This document shows, in pieces, positions 1 through 8,636 of a stretch of DNA of 14,578 nucleotides. The translations under genes were made by a program, and so were the position numbers. Where the stretch lies: positions 1-14,578 of the forward strand of contig CALCCW010000021.1 of NCBI GenBank assembly GCA_937900185.1. The letters are read 5' to 3'. This DNA comes from an uncultured candidate division Zixibacteria bacterium (GTDB taxonomy: Bacteria > Zixibacteria > MSB-5A5 > GN15 > FEB-12). Position 1 is the stretch's first letter, and each line of letters starts with the position of its first letter. The notes below the pieces were generated by a model, which ran no database searches, was not told the origin of the DNA, and was given only the letters and a program-made list of their open reading frames with translations.

Positions 1-14
1 CGCTCTTCAGATCT
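1..14. other. Probable Illumina adapter remnant at the contig 5' end. The sequence CGCTCTTCaGATCT is the reverse complement of AGATCGGAAGAGCG with 1 mismatch.
   Basis: Direct read of the first 14 nt. It matches the TruSeq adapter 3' end apart from one base. It mirrors the perfect adapter found at the 3' end of the window. Confidence 0.5.
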
Positions 15-892
15 AGCCCCGAAGTATCGGCATTATCTATGATTTCAAAAGAAGCCAAAAGTGATTTAACTGAATCAGCCAAACTGTCAATTATCATAAT
101 TGTAGTGTCAGAGTAAAAAGCAGTAAGAGGTATACTAAGATGACATCCGGTTACATTACATGTTGCAAAGTATTGTTGTGATGTGTTTTTATCTTCTAAC
201 CTGAATGTATGTTCGGCAAATATATATCCCTGTCCTGCTCCAAAACCACTACCATAATGACATTTTATACATCCATTTGTTGTATGGGGATTTGCTTCAG
301 GGGCTTCTATATTTATAAAATATCCATTTCTTCCGCTGATAACATCAGCTTGAGGTGATACATGAGGACCAAAATTTTCATCCAAAATTATAGTACTGCC
401 GCTGCCGACATCTTGGGTTGCTGAATGACAATGAGCACAAGAATTTGAAAGCCCTAAATTTGCTCCTAAACCGCTTACAAAACCTATCGTACCGCCGGCT
501 CGCAATGTATCCAAATTCCAAGCACCATATTCTCCGGTATGAGGAAGATGACAGGTAAAACAATTTATTGCTGAATATGCTTTTATTGATGTAATAGACG
601 AATCCACAATCTTTAAGAATCCTTCGTGGGTATGACATTTTGTACAAGAAACATCCATAATATCTAAATCTAAAAGAGCATAATTGGCATGAGCAGAATT
701 ATCAAACTGACCCCTCGGGCGAAGCAAAAGGTTATCTGTGTCATTGTGACAGTCAAAACAACCAACCCCCAAGGTTGAATCAGTCATGATAATCGTATTA
801 TTCTCAGTTACTAAAGTGTCACAACCTACTTGCAGCATAATTGCGATAAATGTCATAAGTATTATAAACGGGGTAATTTTACGAAAATTCAT
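2..892 (-). CDS. Multihaem c-type cytochrome, 3'-truncated at the window edge. The N-terminus carries a signal peptide and a possible lipobox.
   Basis: Manual reverse-complement translation from ATG (rc) at 890-892 begins MNFRKITPFIILMTFIAIMLQVGC. No minus-strand stop (tta/cta/tca) occurs in this frame down to nt 2, so the ORF runs off the window. This explains its absence from the ORF track. Five canonical CxxCH haem-binding motifs are present: CFDCH, CTKCH, CFTCH, CAHCH and CIKCH. There is one CX4CH motif (CNVTGCH). The track ORF 378..647 is an out-of-frame shadow of this gene. Confidence 0.8.
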   Translation of the reverse strand, partial: MNFRKITPFIILMTFIAIMLQVGCDTLVTENNTIIMTDSTLGVGCFDCHNDTDNLLLRPRGQFDNSAHANYALLDLDIMDVSCTKCHTHEGFLKIVDSSITSIKAYSAINCFTCHLPHTGEYGAWNLDTLRAGGTIGFVSGLGANLGLSNSCAHCHSATQDVGSGSTIILDENFGPHVSPQADVISGRNGYFINIEAPEANPHTTNGCIKCHYGSGFGAGQGYIFAEHTFRLEDKNTSQQYFATCNVTGCHLSIPLTAFYSDTTIMIIDSLADSVKSLLASFEIIDNADTSGLDLKS

Positions 893-1099
893 CTGTGCGT
901 CCTCTACAATATCTTTCTTTAAGAAATATTAAGAATTCATTACTACTTATATAACCTTAGATAGCATCTGTGTCAATTTTTTTTATCAATCATATAAAAT
1001 GCTGATACTATCATATTTTCAATTATTTCAATAAGTTAAACTAAACTTGGTGAAGTATCTTCATTCATTGTTTCAAAATTGAACAGTTTGAGCTGTTTT

Positions 1100-1130
1100 T
1101 TGAATTCTGTTTGGCTCATTTAAGTAAATT
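1100..1130 (+). promoter_or_regulatory. Candidate sigma70-type promoter for the SPFH/zinc-ribbon cassette: -35 TTGAAT, ~19-nt spacer, -10-like TAAATT.
   Basis: Sequence read only. TTGAAT lies at 1100-1105 and TAAATT at 1125-1130. The site is in the 300-bp divergent intergenic region upstream of the ATG at 1193. The spacer length is not ideal. Confidence 0.2.
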
Positions 1131-1192
1131 AAGAAATGAGAAAAAATGCCGAAAATAAAAGAAAAATATGAAATTGAATAGAGGAGACTATT

Positions 1193-2317
1193 ATGTCATT
1201 ATTATTAGAAGTAATTGAATGGATGGACCCATCCGGCGATGAAATGATTTACCGTATTCCGCAGGAAGGTTCTGCCGATTTTAAGTTAGGTGCTCAACTT
1301 ATAGTACGAGATAGTCAAATGGCTTTCTTTTTCAAAGATGGGCATGCTGCCGATACATTTACGACCGGACGGCATACGCTTTCGACATTAAACGTTCCCA
1401 TTTTGACCAGATTACTGGCTTTCCCATTTGGTTTTAATTCACCATTTCGTGCAGAATGTTATTTTATAAATTTAAAAACGTACACCGATATGAAATGGGG
1501 TACAAAAAATCCGGTTACATTTAAAGACAGTAAACTTGGTTTGATTCGTTTGCGTGGTCATGGTGCTTTTACAATGAAAATTAAAGAACCGATTCTATTT
1601 TTAAATTCTATTGTTGGTCGTCAAGCAAAATTTACAACTTCTGAAATTCAAGATTATCTTCGTGATGTTATTATCGCACGTATGAATGATATGCTTGGTG
1701 AGAAACTCGATACGATTTTAGATCTCCCGTCAATCTATACCGAACTTGCCGAAGATTTTAAAGAATTAGTCAGCTCTGAATTTGAAAAATATGGTTTAGA
1801 ACTTGTAGATTTTTATATCTCTTCAATCACTCCTCCTGAAGAAGTAACCAAAATGATTGACCAGCGTTCCGGTATGGAAGCTGTTGGCGATTTAGATAAG
1901 TTCCTCAAATTTGAACTGGCTAAAGGGTTTGGAGGCACAAGTGGCTCAGGTTCTGCCGGAGCAAATATGGGGATGGCAGCCGGTATTGGTATGATGGTAC
2001 CTTCTATGATGCAAAAAGTATATTCACCGGATCAAACCGAATTAAAACGTGAACCGGTTGCTACTGTTACCTGTCCAAAATGTCATACCGACACACCCGA
2101 ACAGTCTCGTTTTTGTTACCGATGCGGTCATCAGATGATTGTACAAAATATCTGTCCTGCCTGTCAGAGTTCACTTCCGTCAGAAGCAAAATTCTGCTTT
2201 GAATGCGGTTTGAAGCTTGATGTGAAAACAACCTGTCCGCATTGTTCGGCTGAACTAATTGCAGGTTCCAAATTTTGCGGCGAATGTGGTAAGAATATAG
2301 ATGGCGATAATAGCTAA
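1193..2317 (+). CDS. SPFH/band-7-like protein of the YdjI/COG4260 type with a Gly/Met-rich linker and three tandem C-terminal zinc ribbons (zinc_ribbon_2-like)
   Basis: A strong RBS (AGAGGAG) sits 7 nt upstream of the ATG. The N-terminal ~240 aa ([21 protein letters not shown]...[17 protein letters not shown]...[14 protein letters not shown]...) resemble the COG4260 family of SPFH-domain proteins with a C-terminal Zn-ribbon, recalled from memory. [25 protein letters not shown] linker follows. The C-terminus has three ~28-aa repeats, each CPxC-x9-FCxxCG. The family assignment is from memory, not a search. Confidence 0.65.
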   Translation: MSLLLEVIEWMDPSGDEMIYRIPQEGSADFKLGAQLIVRDSQMAFFFKDGHAADTFTTGRHTLSTLNVPILTRLLAFPFGFNSPFRAECYFINLKTYTDMKWGTKNPVTFKDSKLGLIRLRGHGAFTMKIKEPILFLNSIVGRQAKFTTSEIQDYLRDVIIARMNDMLGEKLDTILDLPSIYTELAEDFKELVSSEFEKYGLELVDFYISSITPPEEVTKMIDQRSGMEAVGDLDKFLKFELAKGFGGTSGSGSAGANMGMAAGIGMMVPSMMQKVYSPDQTELKREPVATVTCPKCHTDTPEQSRFCYRCGHQMIVQNICPACQSSLPSEAKFCFECGLKLDVKTTCPHCSAELIAGSKFCGECGKNIDGDNS

Positions 2318-3701
2318 AAAAGAAATAAAAGGATTCCGTATCGGTGTCAGCTGCCCCGGATGCGGGGGAGAACTGGAACTTGAGGATAATTTTTTTGCTG
2401 TTGAGTGTCATCATTGCGGTTCTGCTCTTAGGCTAATAATGCCCGATGCTCCGCCTACTTTTGTTGCCGAAGTACAAATTACAAAACAGAAAGCCAGATA
2501 TGCGATTGACCGGTATCTCAAAGATGCCGGTAAACCGCTTACGCATTCAGATTATCAACTCAAACGGATGTATTACCCTTACTGGAAAGTTGATGCGATA
2601 CTTTTTCGACTCAGAAAGGGTGTTGAAAAAAAAGTTGTATCTTCTGAGTATTCTGATGATAATGAAAAAACGTACGAAACAGAAAAAATTGATATTTCTC
2701 TTTCACCGTACACTACAACACTTACTGCCGGAATGAACTATGACGGACTGCCTGATACTTTGGGGCTTCGCTCTGAATATCTCAAACTTTTCCCTTTATC
2801 TGATGAAAAAATTGACGAGAACTTTGATTTGCTGCCTATTATAAAATCATGGGAAGAAGTCAGAAAATCTCTCCATCAACATTTGGGAGCGATAAGCTCA
2901 TTTGATACAAATCTCTTTGGAGTAAATAAAACTGATATCTATGGACCTAAAGCAATGCTTCTGTATTTTCCATTTTTTCTTTTTGATTTTTATGATACCG
3001 ATGGATTTAATCGTTTTGTTATAGATGGTGTTACCGGTCGAGTGTTAAATCATATTACTTCTTTGGAGTTAGCCCCATCGGAGACATCTGAAACAGAAAA
3101 AATCACTTTGGGCGAAATATCTATTGTCTCACATCGATGCAGCAACTGCGGAGAAGATTTACCGTCGGAAGAATCATTGGTGTACATCTGTAAAAACTGT
3201 CAGGTTATAACAGATTTAGAACCCGGCGTTGAAATAGACACAATTCGGCAAGTAGTGCATCCGGTCAATCCTAATAACATCTTGGTACCATTTTGGGCAT
3301 TTAAAATAAAAGATATTGATGAATCTGTGTTAAAATCTATTTTTGGCGGTATATATCGGTCTGACAAAGTAGTTATTCCGGCTTTTCGGGTTCAAAACTA
3401 TAATGCTATTTTTAAACTAAGCAAAAGAATGTCCGCTGCCTTTCCTCAATTTGATTTTGAAAATATAATCACTATGGATAGACAATATGCTCCGGTGGAT
3501 TTACCGTTAAACGAAGCTCAGGTACTTACCGAAGTATTTGTAACAACCGATCAATATAAAAAAAATATCACTCATAAAAAGACAGAAAATCATTTTCAAT
3601 TTGATGATATAACTCTTTTTTATGCTCCCTTTCATTTGGAAAGTTATTTCTATGTCGATTCAGTTTTGCAGGCAGTAACTTTTGAAAAAAACCTCATTTA
3701 A
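2301..3701 (+). CDS. Internally duplicated zinc-ribbon protein of unknown function, translationally coupled to the upstream SPFH-like gene
   Basis: The start overlaps the upstream stop by 17 nt (ATGGCGATAATAGCTAA). An N-terminal CPGCGG-x15-CHHCG ribbon opens the first half. A second ribbon, CSNCG-x12-CKNC (residues ~280-300), opens a second half. The halves share hydrophobic motifs: [12 protein letters not shown] vs [12 protein letters not shown], and [16 protein letters not shown] vs [17 protein letters not shown]. There is no obvious TM helix and no recognised catalytic motif. Confidence 0.6.
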   Translation: MAIIAKKEIKGFRIGVSCPGCGGELELEDNFFAVECHHCGSALRLIMPDAPPTFVAEVQITKQKARYAIDRYLKDAGKPLTHSDYQLKRMYYPYWKVDAILFRLRKGVEKKVVSSEYSDDNEKTYETEKIDISLSPYTTTLTAGMNYDGLPDTLGLRSEYLKLFPLSDEKIDENFDLLPIIKSWEEVRKSLHQHLGAISSFDTNLFGVNKTDIYGPKAMLLYFPFFLFDFYDTDGFNRFVIDGVTGRVLNHITSLELAPSETSETEKITLGEISIVSHRCSNCGEDLPSEESLVYICKNCQVITDLEPGVEIDTIRQVVHPVNPNNILVPFWAFKIKDIDESVLKSIFGGIYRSDKVVIPAFRVQNYNAIFKLSKRMSAAFPQFDFENIITMDRQYAPVDLPLNEAQVLTEVFVTTDQYKKNITHKKTENHFQFDDITLFYAPFHLESYFYVDSVLQAVTFEKNLI

Positions 3702-4070
3702 TATTCCTCTGACTTAGTAAACAAAACAGACGATAATTTTAGTTTTCAAATTGAGCCGTCAGGAACCCATTCCTGACATGAATTGTAGAGAACAGGCATG
3801 CCTCAACCCTACAAAAATAAGCTGAACAGCAGAAAATTTGGAACTAATTGCCTCCTATGTAGTAGAATTCACAACATCCCAAAACTGCCATTTATTTCAC
3901 TTGCGATTGCACTTGCAATTACCTATTTTTGAGCGTGTAAAAATGAATTTTAAGGATAAAAAATAATTATTAATATACCGTATTCCATCTTTTTAACTAT
4001 TTCTCCAAGTCATACTGAATTTGTTGAAGTATGTTCATGTTAAATACGGTATTTTTATATGGAGTGAAGA

Positions 4071-6704
4071 GTGTACAGATATTACAAACTATTGTTACTC
4101 ATCGTAACCGTTTTTCTTTATCTGCCGGTAGTCGGGTTTGCCGATATACCGGAATTTTTTGACCAACCCGATTCTGGCTATACAACCAATGTTGTGACAG
4201 ATATTATTACTCACGATAGTGCCATCTGGTTTGCCACCGATGAAGGGTTGAACTTTTCTTATGACGGCGGACAATCCTGGTTGTTATATGATAACAGTAA
4301 CGGATTAGTCTCCTCATCTATTTCAGCTTTATTTTCATTGCCATCTCGGTTTGGACAAAGAATTTGGGCAGCAACCAACCATCAGGAAAATATCGGAGGA
4401 GTCATTACCGGAATTTCCGATGGTGTTTCATACTCAGACGACAGCGGTCTCACATGGACTCAGGTTGATTTTGAGACTGCTCCAAATGACATTCCTTATG
4501 TATGGGGTGGAGACAGAACTATTTTTGATATTACCGGTCATTATGACCCAAACAATGACTCCTTGGACAATTGGGTGTTCTTTACTGCTTTTGCAGGCGG
4601 CTTTTTAGCCTCGCGTGACGGCGGTGAAAGTTGGAAACGAATTTTTCCTACCGTTGCAGATTCTATTCAATTTGAGGTTCCTAATGCTCAACCGTCTTTA
4701 CGAAATAGATACTTCTCCTGTGTTGCCGATACATCGCATGGCGATACTCTTATAGTATGGGCTGGGACTGCCGGCGGTATTTTTCAATATGTTTTTGCAG
4801 AACCCAAAGATAAACCGTTTACCAAACATGTGACCGATATAGAATTTTGTGACAGTTGTGGAACAGGAGATTCAAGTTTTGTTTATTATGGCGGATTAGA
4901 AGGATTTACTCGTGGTAATAAATTAACCGGTCTTGCTGTCAGTAAATTTATATCAGATGGTCTACTGGGAAGTCAAATAACATCAATGCTTGATTTTGGC
5001 GGTAAACTTTTCGTTGGTACTGCAGCTAGTGCTGATGACTACACTTCAAAAGGTCTTGCTGTTTCAACAGACTTTGGTGAGAGCTTTACTGCCACATATA
5101 ATCAACCTGCTTTTGAAGGTGCCGGACATAGAATTTCAGATTTTGCGGTTATGAATGACCGAATATATATGGCTCTTGAAGAAAATGGTTTGTATGTTTC
5201 CAATGACACCGGAGCGAACTGGAACTATGTTATAATAGACACCCTTGATACTACTCCTGACAATCGCCGTAATGTTGTAAATGCTTTAGAAGCTGTCGGA
5301 GACACTCTCAACATTGGTACCGACTCCGGGTTGGTCAGGCTGTATCTTTCCGCATCGGGAGCAGTCGACTCCTCACTGCAATTTGTTTTCCCAAGCAATT
5401 CAACATCCTCAACAAAAATTATCAAGGTAAAAACTCAACCATTAAGTAATGGTGATGTCAGGTTATGGACAGTCAATGTTCCTCTTGATACCGTACTTAA
5501 TCTTGCTACTGCTATAACATCATATTCACTTGACGGAGGTCAAACATTCCTGCCGCGATTTAATGTAAACGGACTTAACAGAAACATTGGTTTTATTGGT
5601 GATACAGCAGTTATCATTGGTGACTACGGTACGGTATATACAGATATCGGCGGTGTTTTGCCGTCAGAATCATTCCCGATATATCAAAAAGTTCCTCTTT
5701 CTGTAGATACTTTAACTAACGATACAACTTTTGTCGTTCTTGATTCACTAAATGCCGATTCGTTAACTTCTATAAAAATAAAAGGTGATACTGTAATTGT
5801 CGGTGGCAACAAAGGCTATGCTGTTTCTTTAGACAGAGGTAGCTCTTTTAATATTACCAGAGTAAATACAGAGTTTCTTGCTGCTGATTTTGTATTGAAT
5901 TATACATCTGCCATTCAAGGTATTGACGGTGATTGGGTTCCTGCTTTGGAAGTAGAATATAATGATTCATTTGTTTTTGCCCGTGTTTGGGCATCAGTTA
6001 GACCTACCTTTGGTGGTGTTCCGGGTATTTCGGTTAGTTGGGCTGCACCTGTTGTAGATACATTAGGTGATACTTTAAGATATGAAAGATTATGGGGGAG
6101 AGTACATGATGAATTTGCATGGAATTTCGCCCTTGCTTCTGATACTATATTTGCCGCAACAGATAACGGTCTAATATATGGCATAACAGATTCTCTCCTT
6201 TTTGGTGATATTACCTATGATTGGACAACAGTTGAAATGCTTGATTCAACAGGTGCATCGCTTCTATTAGAAGGTACTCCGGTATATGCGGTAGAAGTTG
6301 ATGACAACTATATATGGGCTGGCACAGGTGACAGAACAGTGAGGATTGATCGTTCAGACCTTACATTATCAAAAGCATTTTATGTCGAAGACCCTACTGA
6401 TGAAGTGTACGCCTTTCCAATTCCATTTAGTCATGCTAACTCAAATAGACTTGATTTTCATTTTATTGTAAAACAGCAGGCAGCTATTACTATTGAAATT
6501 TATGATTTTGCCATGCATTTGGTTAAACGTGTTGTAGACAATGTTACCTACGACCCGGGAATCTATCCGACCGCCGGTGCAAGCAGACATGTTTGGGATG
6601 GCTTAAACGGCAAAGGCGATGAGGTCGCTGTCGGGATGTATTACTTTAAAATTATATATTCAACCGGTGAAGTTCACTGGGGTAAAATTGCGGTTATTCC
6701 ATAA
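4071..6704 (+). CDS. Secreted BNR/Asp-box repeat (beta-propeller) protein with a T9SS-type C-terminal sorting domain
   Basis: GTG start with GGAG RBS 6 nt upstream. An upstream in-frame ATG at 4059 is followed immediately by a stop. The signal peptide is VYRYYKLLLLIVTVFLYLPVVGFA. Multiple Asp-box motifs (S-x-D-x-G-x-T/S-W/F) are present: SYDGGQSW, SDDSGLTW, SRDGGESW, STDFGESF, SNDTGANW, SLDGGQTF, SLDRGSSF. The C-terminal ~95 aa (AFPIPFS...ITIEIYDFAMHLV...WDGLNGKGDEVAVGMYYFKIIYSTGEVHWGKIAVIP) match the T9SS type-A / FlgD Ig-like sorting-domain pattern. Confidence 0.8.
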   Translation: MYRYYKLLLLIVTVFLYLPVVGFADIPEFFDQPDSGYTTNVVTDIITHDSAIWFATDEGLNFSYDGGQSWLLYDNSNGLVSSSISALFSLPSRFGQRIWAATNHQENIGGVITGISDGVSYSDDSGLTWTQVDFETAPNDIPYVWGGDRTIFDITGHYDPNNDSLDNWVFFTAFAGGFLASRDGGESWKRIFPTVADSIQFEVPNAQPSLRNRYFSCVADTSHGDTLIVWAGTAGGIFQYVFAEPKDKPFTKHVTDIEFCDSCGTGDSSFVYYGGLEGFTRGNKLTGLAVSKFISDGLLGSQITSMLDFGGKLFVGTAASADDYTSKGLAVSTDFGESFTATYNQPAFEGAGHRISDFAVMNDRIYMALEENGLYVSNDTGANWNYVIIDTLDTTPDNRRNVVNALEAVGDTLNIGTDSGLVRLYLSASGAVDSSLQFVFPSNSTSSTKIIKVKTQPLSNGDVRLWTVNVPLDTVLNLATAITSYSLDGGQTFLPRFNVNGLNRNIGFIGDTAVIIGDYGTVYTDIGGVLPSESFPIYQKVPLSVDTLTNDTTFVVLDSLNADSLTSIKIKGDTVIVGGNKGYAVSLDRGSSFNITRVNTEFLAADFVLNYTSAIQGIDGDWVPALEVEYNDSFVFARVWASVRPTFGGVPGISVSWAAPVVDTLGDTLRYERLWGRVHDEFAWNFALASDTIFAATDNGLIYGITDSLLFGDITYDWTTVEMLDSTGASLLLEGTPVYAVEVDDNYIWAGTGDRTVRIDRSDLTLSKAFYVEDPTDEVYAFPIPFSHANSNRLDFHFIVKQQAAITIEIYDFAMHLVKRVVDNVTYDPGIYPTAGASRHVWDGLNGKGDEVAVGMYYFKIIYSTGEVHWGKIAVIP

Positions 6705-6714
6705 TTAAGGAGAG

Positions 6715-7707
6715 ATGGTAATGAAAAAAATATTATTATTTGCAGTTCTGACATTATTCTGTCTGTCAACATCTCTCTTAGCTGAAGATGGTGATGCAGG
6801 TTATGCCGGCAGTTTTTTACAAGTTCCAATTGGTGCCAGACCGACAGCAATGGGTGGTGCATTTATTTCTATTTCAAATGATGCCTCCGGAAGTTTTTAT
6901 AATCCTGCCGGGATGTCTATAATCAAAAAATCAATTTTTGCTACTTCTTATAGAGCTATGCAGCTTGATAGAAAACTTGGATACACGGCGATTCTATTTC
7001 CGACTCAAGGAAATTCAGTTCTTGGATTTAGCTGGCTTTATGCCGGTTCGGGATCAGTAGATGCTCGAAATGATGATGGTGATTTATTAGGGAATACGTT
7101 AGAACAAAATAATCACCAAATTTCTATTCTGTTCTCAAAAAGATTTGAAAAATATTTATCTTTAGGATTTAAAGGTTCTTATTTGTACTCTAAGTTTGCT
7201 GAAATGTCTGTCTTTTCTGTTGGTATTGATTTAGGAGCAACTTTATATATAAGCCGGTTGTTCAGCAGAGAAAAAAGAGATTTAATGTCTATTCAGGATA
7301 TACAAGTTGGGCTTGTCGTGAGAAATTTAGCAGCTAATTTTAAGTGGAATAATGATAATTATTTGGCTGCACATAGCGGATCTGCTTTTGGAGGTTCTGA
7401 TCATATTGATGATTTCCCTGTAGAAATCGGCATTGGCGGTTCAGCAAGATTTTTTAATAGAAAACTTTTATTGAGTTCAGATATTGTGAAAAACAGCAAA
7501 GAAAATATTATTCTACATGCCGGAGGAGAATATTTTATTACCAAACAATTTGCTGCTCGTGTAGGATATACCGATAGAAGCTTGACTACCGGATTTGGCT
7601 ATGTTTTTAATTTAGATAAATTTGGCTTAGTGTTTGACTATGCCTATTCATCAGAAAAAGTTGGTGAAGGTTCGGAACATATATTTTCATTTGACATATT
7701 ATTTTAA
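6715..7707 (+). CDS. Outer-membrane beta-barrel protein of the FadL-like PorV/PorQ family, probably T9SS-associated
   Basis: AAGGAG RBS. The signal peptide is MVMKKILLFAVLTLFCLSTSLLA. The N-terminal motif IGARPTAMGGAFISISNDASGSFYNPAGM matches the FadL/PorV-family signature (GLGRAYSGEGA.ADDAS....NPA). The protein ends in Phe (FDILF), as is typical of OM barrels. It lies immediately downstream of the T9SS cargo gene. Confidence 0.6.
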   Translation: MVMKKILLFAVLTLFCLSTSLLAEDGDAGYAGSFLQVPIGARPTAMGGAFISISNDASGSFYNPAGMSIIKKSIFATSYRAMQLDRKLGYTAILFPTQGNSVLGFSWLYAGSGSVDARNDDGDLLGNTLEQNNHQISILFSKRFEKYLSLGFKGSYLYSKFAEMSVFSVGIDLGATLYISRLFSREKRDLMSIQDIQVGLVVRNLAANFKWNNDNYLAAHSGSAFGGSDHIDDFPVEIGIGGSARFFNRKLLLSSDIVKNSKENIILHAGGEYFITKQFAARVGYTDRSLTTGFGYVFNLDKFGLVFDYAYSSEKVGEGSEHIFSFDILF

Positions 7708-7716
7708 AGGTGAAAA

Positions 7717-8610
7717 ATGAATAATTTGAAAATTGCAATTCTCATTGTGACTCTCCTGTCAGTCGGTCAGATTTCTGCCCAAGATGGGTTAGCCTTGCTG
7801 CAGACAGCACAAGGTGCTAAACAAGCAGGGTTTGGAGAGGCTGTTGTATCTCTTGCAAACCAAGTAAATGGGACCCATTATAATCCTGCCAATATGATAT
7901 CTATTGACAAGTTTACCGCATCGTTTGGACATACTGAATACTGGGAAAATATTAATTTAGAGTCAGGTTTTTTTGCCGCTCCTCTTACATCTAAAGTAAA
8001 TCTACATGGCGGTATCCGTTTTGCCGCTGTGAATGAACTGGAAAATAGAACTCGTGCTACCGAAGAACCTATTAGTTTATTTGACTTTCATGATATATCT
8101 TTCAAAACAGGACTTACGTATGTTAAGAGTGAAAAACTCTCTTTTGGTTTTGCTTTTGGATGGTTTTTTGAAAAAAATGAACTTTGGAACGGTTCTGCTT
8201 TTAATGTCGATTTAGGAATGCATTATCAAGCATCTCCAAACATTCAACTTGGGGCTGCTGTGACAAATCTTGGTTCCTCGTTTCAATTGACAGCTGATGG
8301 TCAAGAAAGTTCTAACGATATTTCTCTTCCCACAAGGTATTCCGTCGGCGGCAGCTATCAATATAATAAATTTATCGGAGCAATTGATGCTGTAATTATC
8401 AACGATGATTTTAAACTGCATGTTGGTACAGAAGCACATTTGCATGAGATGTTTGACGTTCGTGCCGGATATATGTTTAACTATGACAGTAAGGATTTTT
8501 CTGTCGGGGCAACTTTTACAAAACGAAATATTAAAATAGATTATGCATTTGTACCGTATTCTAATAATTTAGGATCGACACATCTGTTTAATTTCACATT
8601 CAGCATATAA
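7717..8610 (+). CDS. Second FadL-like PorV/PorQ-family outer-membrane beta-barrel protein, a paralog of the upstream gene
   Basis: AAAGGTGA RBS. The signal peptide is MNNLKIAILIVTLLSVGQISAQ. The N-terminal motif QGAKQAGFGEAVVSLANQVNGTHYNPANM and the C-terminal region (DVRAGYMFNYD...DYAFVPYS) parallel the upstream protein. The gap to the previous gene is 9 nt. Confidence 0.55.
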   Translation: MNNLKIAILIVTLLSVGQISAQDGLALLQTAQGAKQAGFGEAVVSLANQVNGTHYNPANMISIDKFTASFGHTEYWENINLESGFFAAPLTSKVNLHGGIRFAAVNELENRTRATEEPISLFDFHDISFKTGLTYVKSEKLSFGFAFGWFFEKNELWNGSAFNVDLGMHYQASPNIQLGAAVTNLGSSFQLTADGQESSNDISLPTRYSVGGSYQYNKFIGAIDAVIINDDFKLHVGTEAHLHEMFDVRAGYMFNYDSKDFSVGATFTKRNIKIDYAFVPYSNNLGSTHLFNFTFSI

Positions 8611-8636
8611 AATCTTTTTAGGAGTGTTATAAGATT

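Noticed and set aside
378-647. 89-aa minus-strand ORF from the track
   Set aside because: It is out of frame, in the -1 register, within the much longer multihaem cytochrome reading frame (2..892, minus). That frame has CxxCH motifs and a signal peptide. The short ORF has no RBS or coherent protein features.
1082-1100. AACAGtttgagCTGTT + TTTTTT as a terminator or attenuator upstream of the SPFH gene
   Set aside because: The stem is only 5 bp. It probably just overlaps the promoter -35 region. There is insufficient support for a terminator.
2067-2414. 115-aa minus-strand ORF spanning the gene-1/gene-2 junction
   Set aside because: It is antisense to two well-supported, translationally coupled genes. 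Its composition is driven by the reverse complement of the Cys-codon-rich zinc-ribbon region.
2446-2736. 96-aa plus-strand ORF inside the zinc-ribbon partner gene
   Set aside because: It is an alternative frame within the 466-aa ORF. The sequence is low-complexity, Lys/Leu-rich and typical of AT-rich frame shadows.
4351-6862. Small ORFs within or antisense to the BNR cargo gene: 4351..4608 (+), 5225..5425 (-), 5915..6184 (-), 6674..6862 (-)
   Set aside because: All lie inside, or antisense across the ends of, the 877-aa ORF. That ORF has a signal peptide, Asp-box repeats and a T9SS CTD. None of the small ORFs has start-site support.
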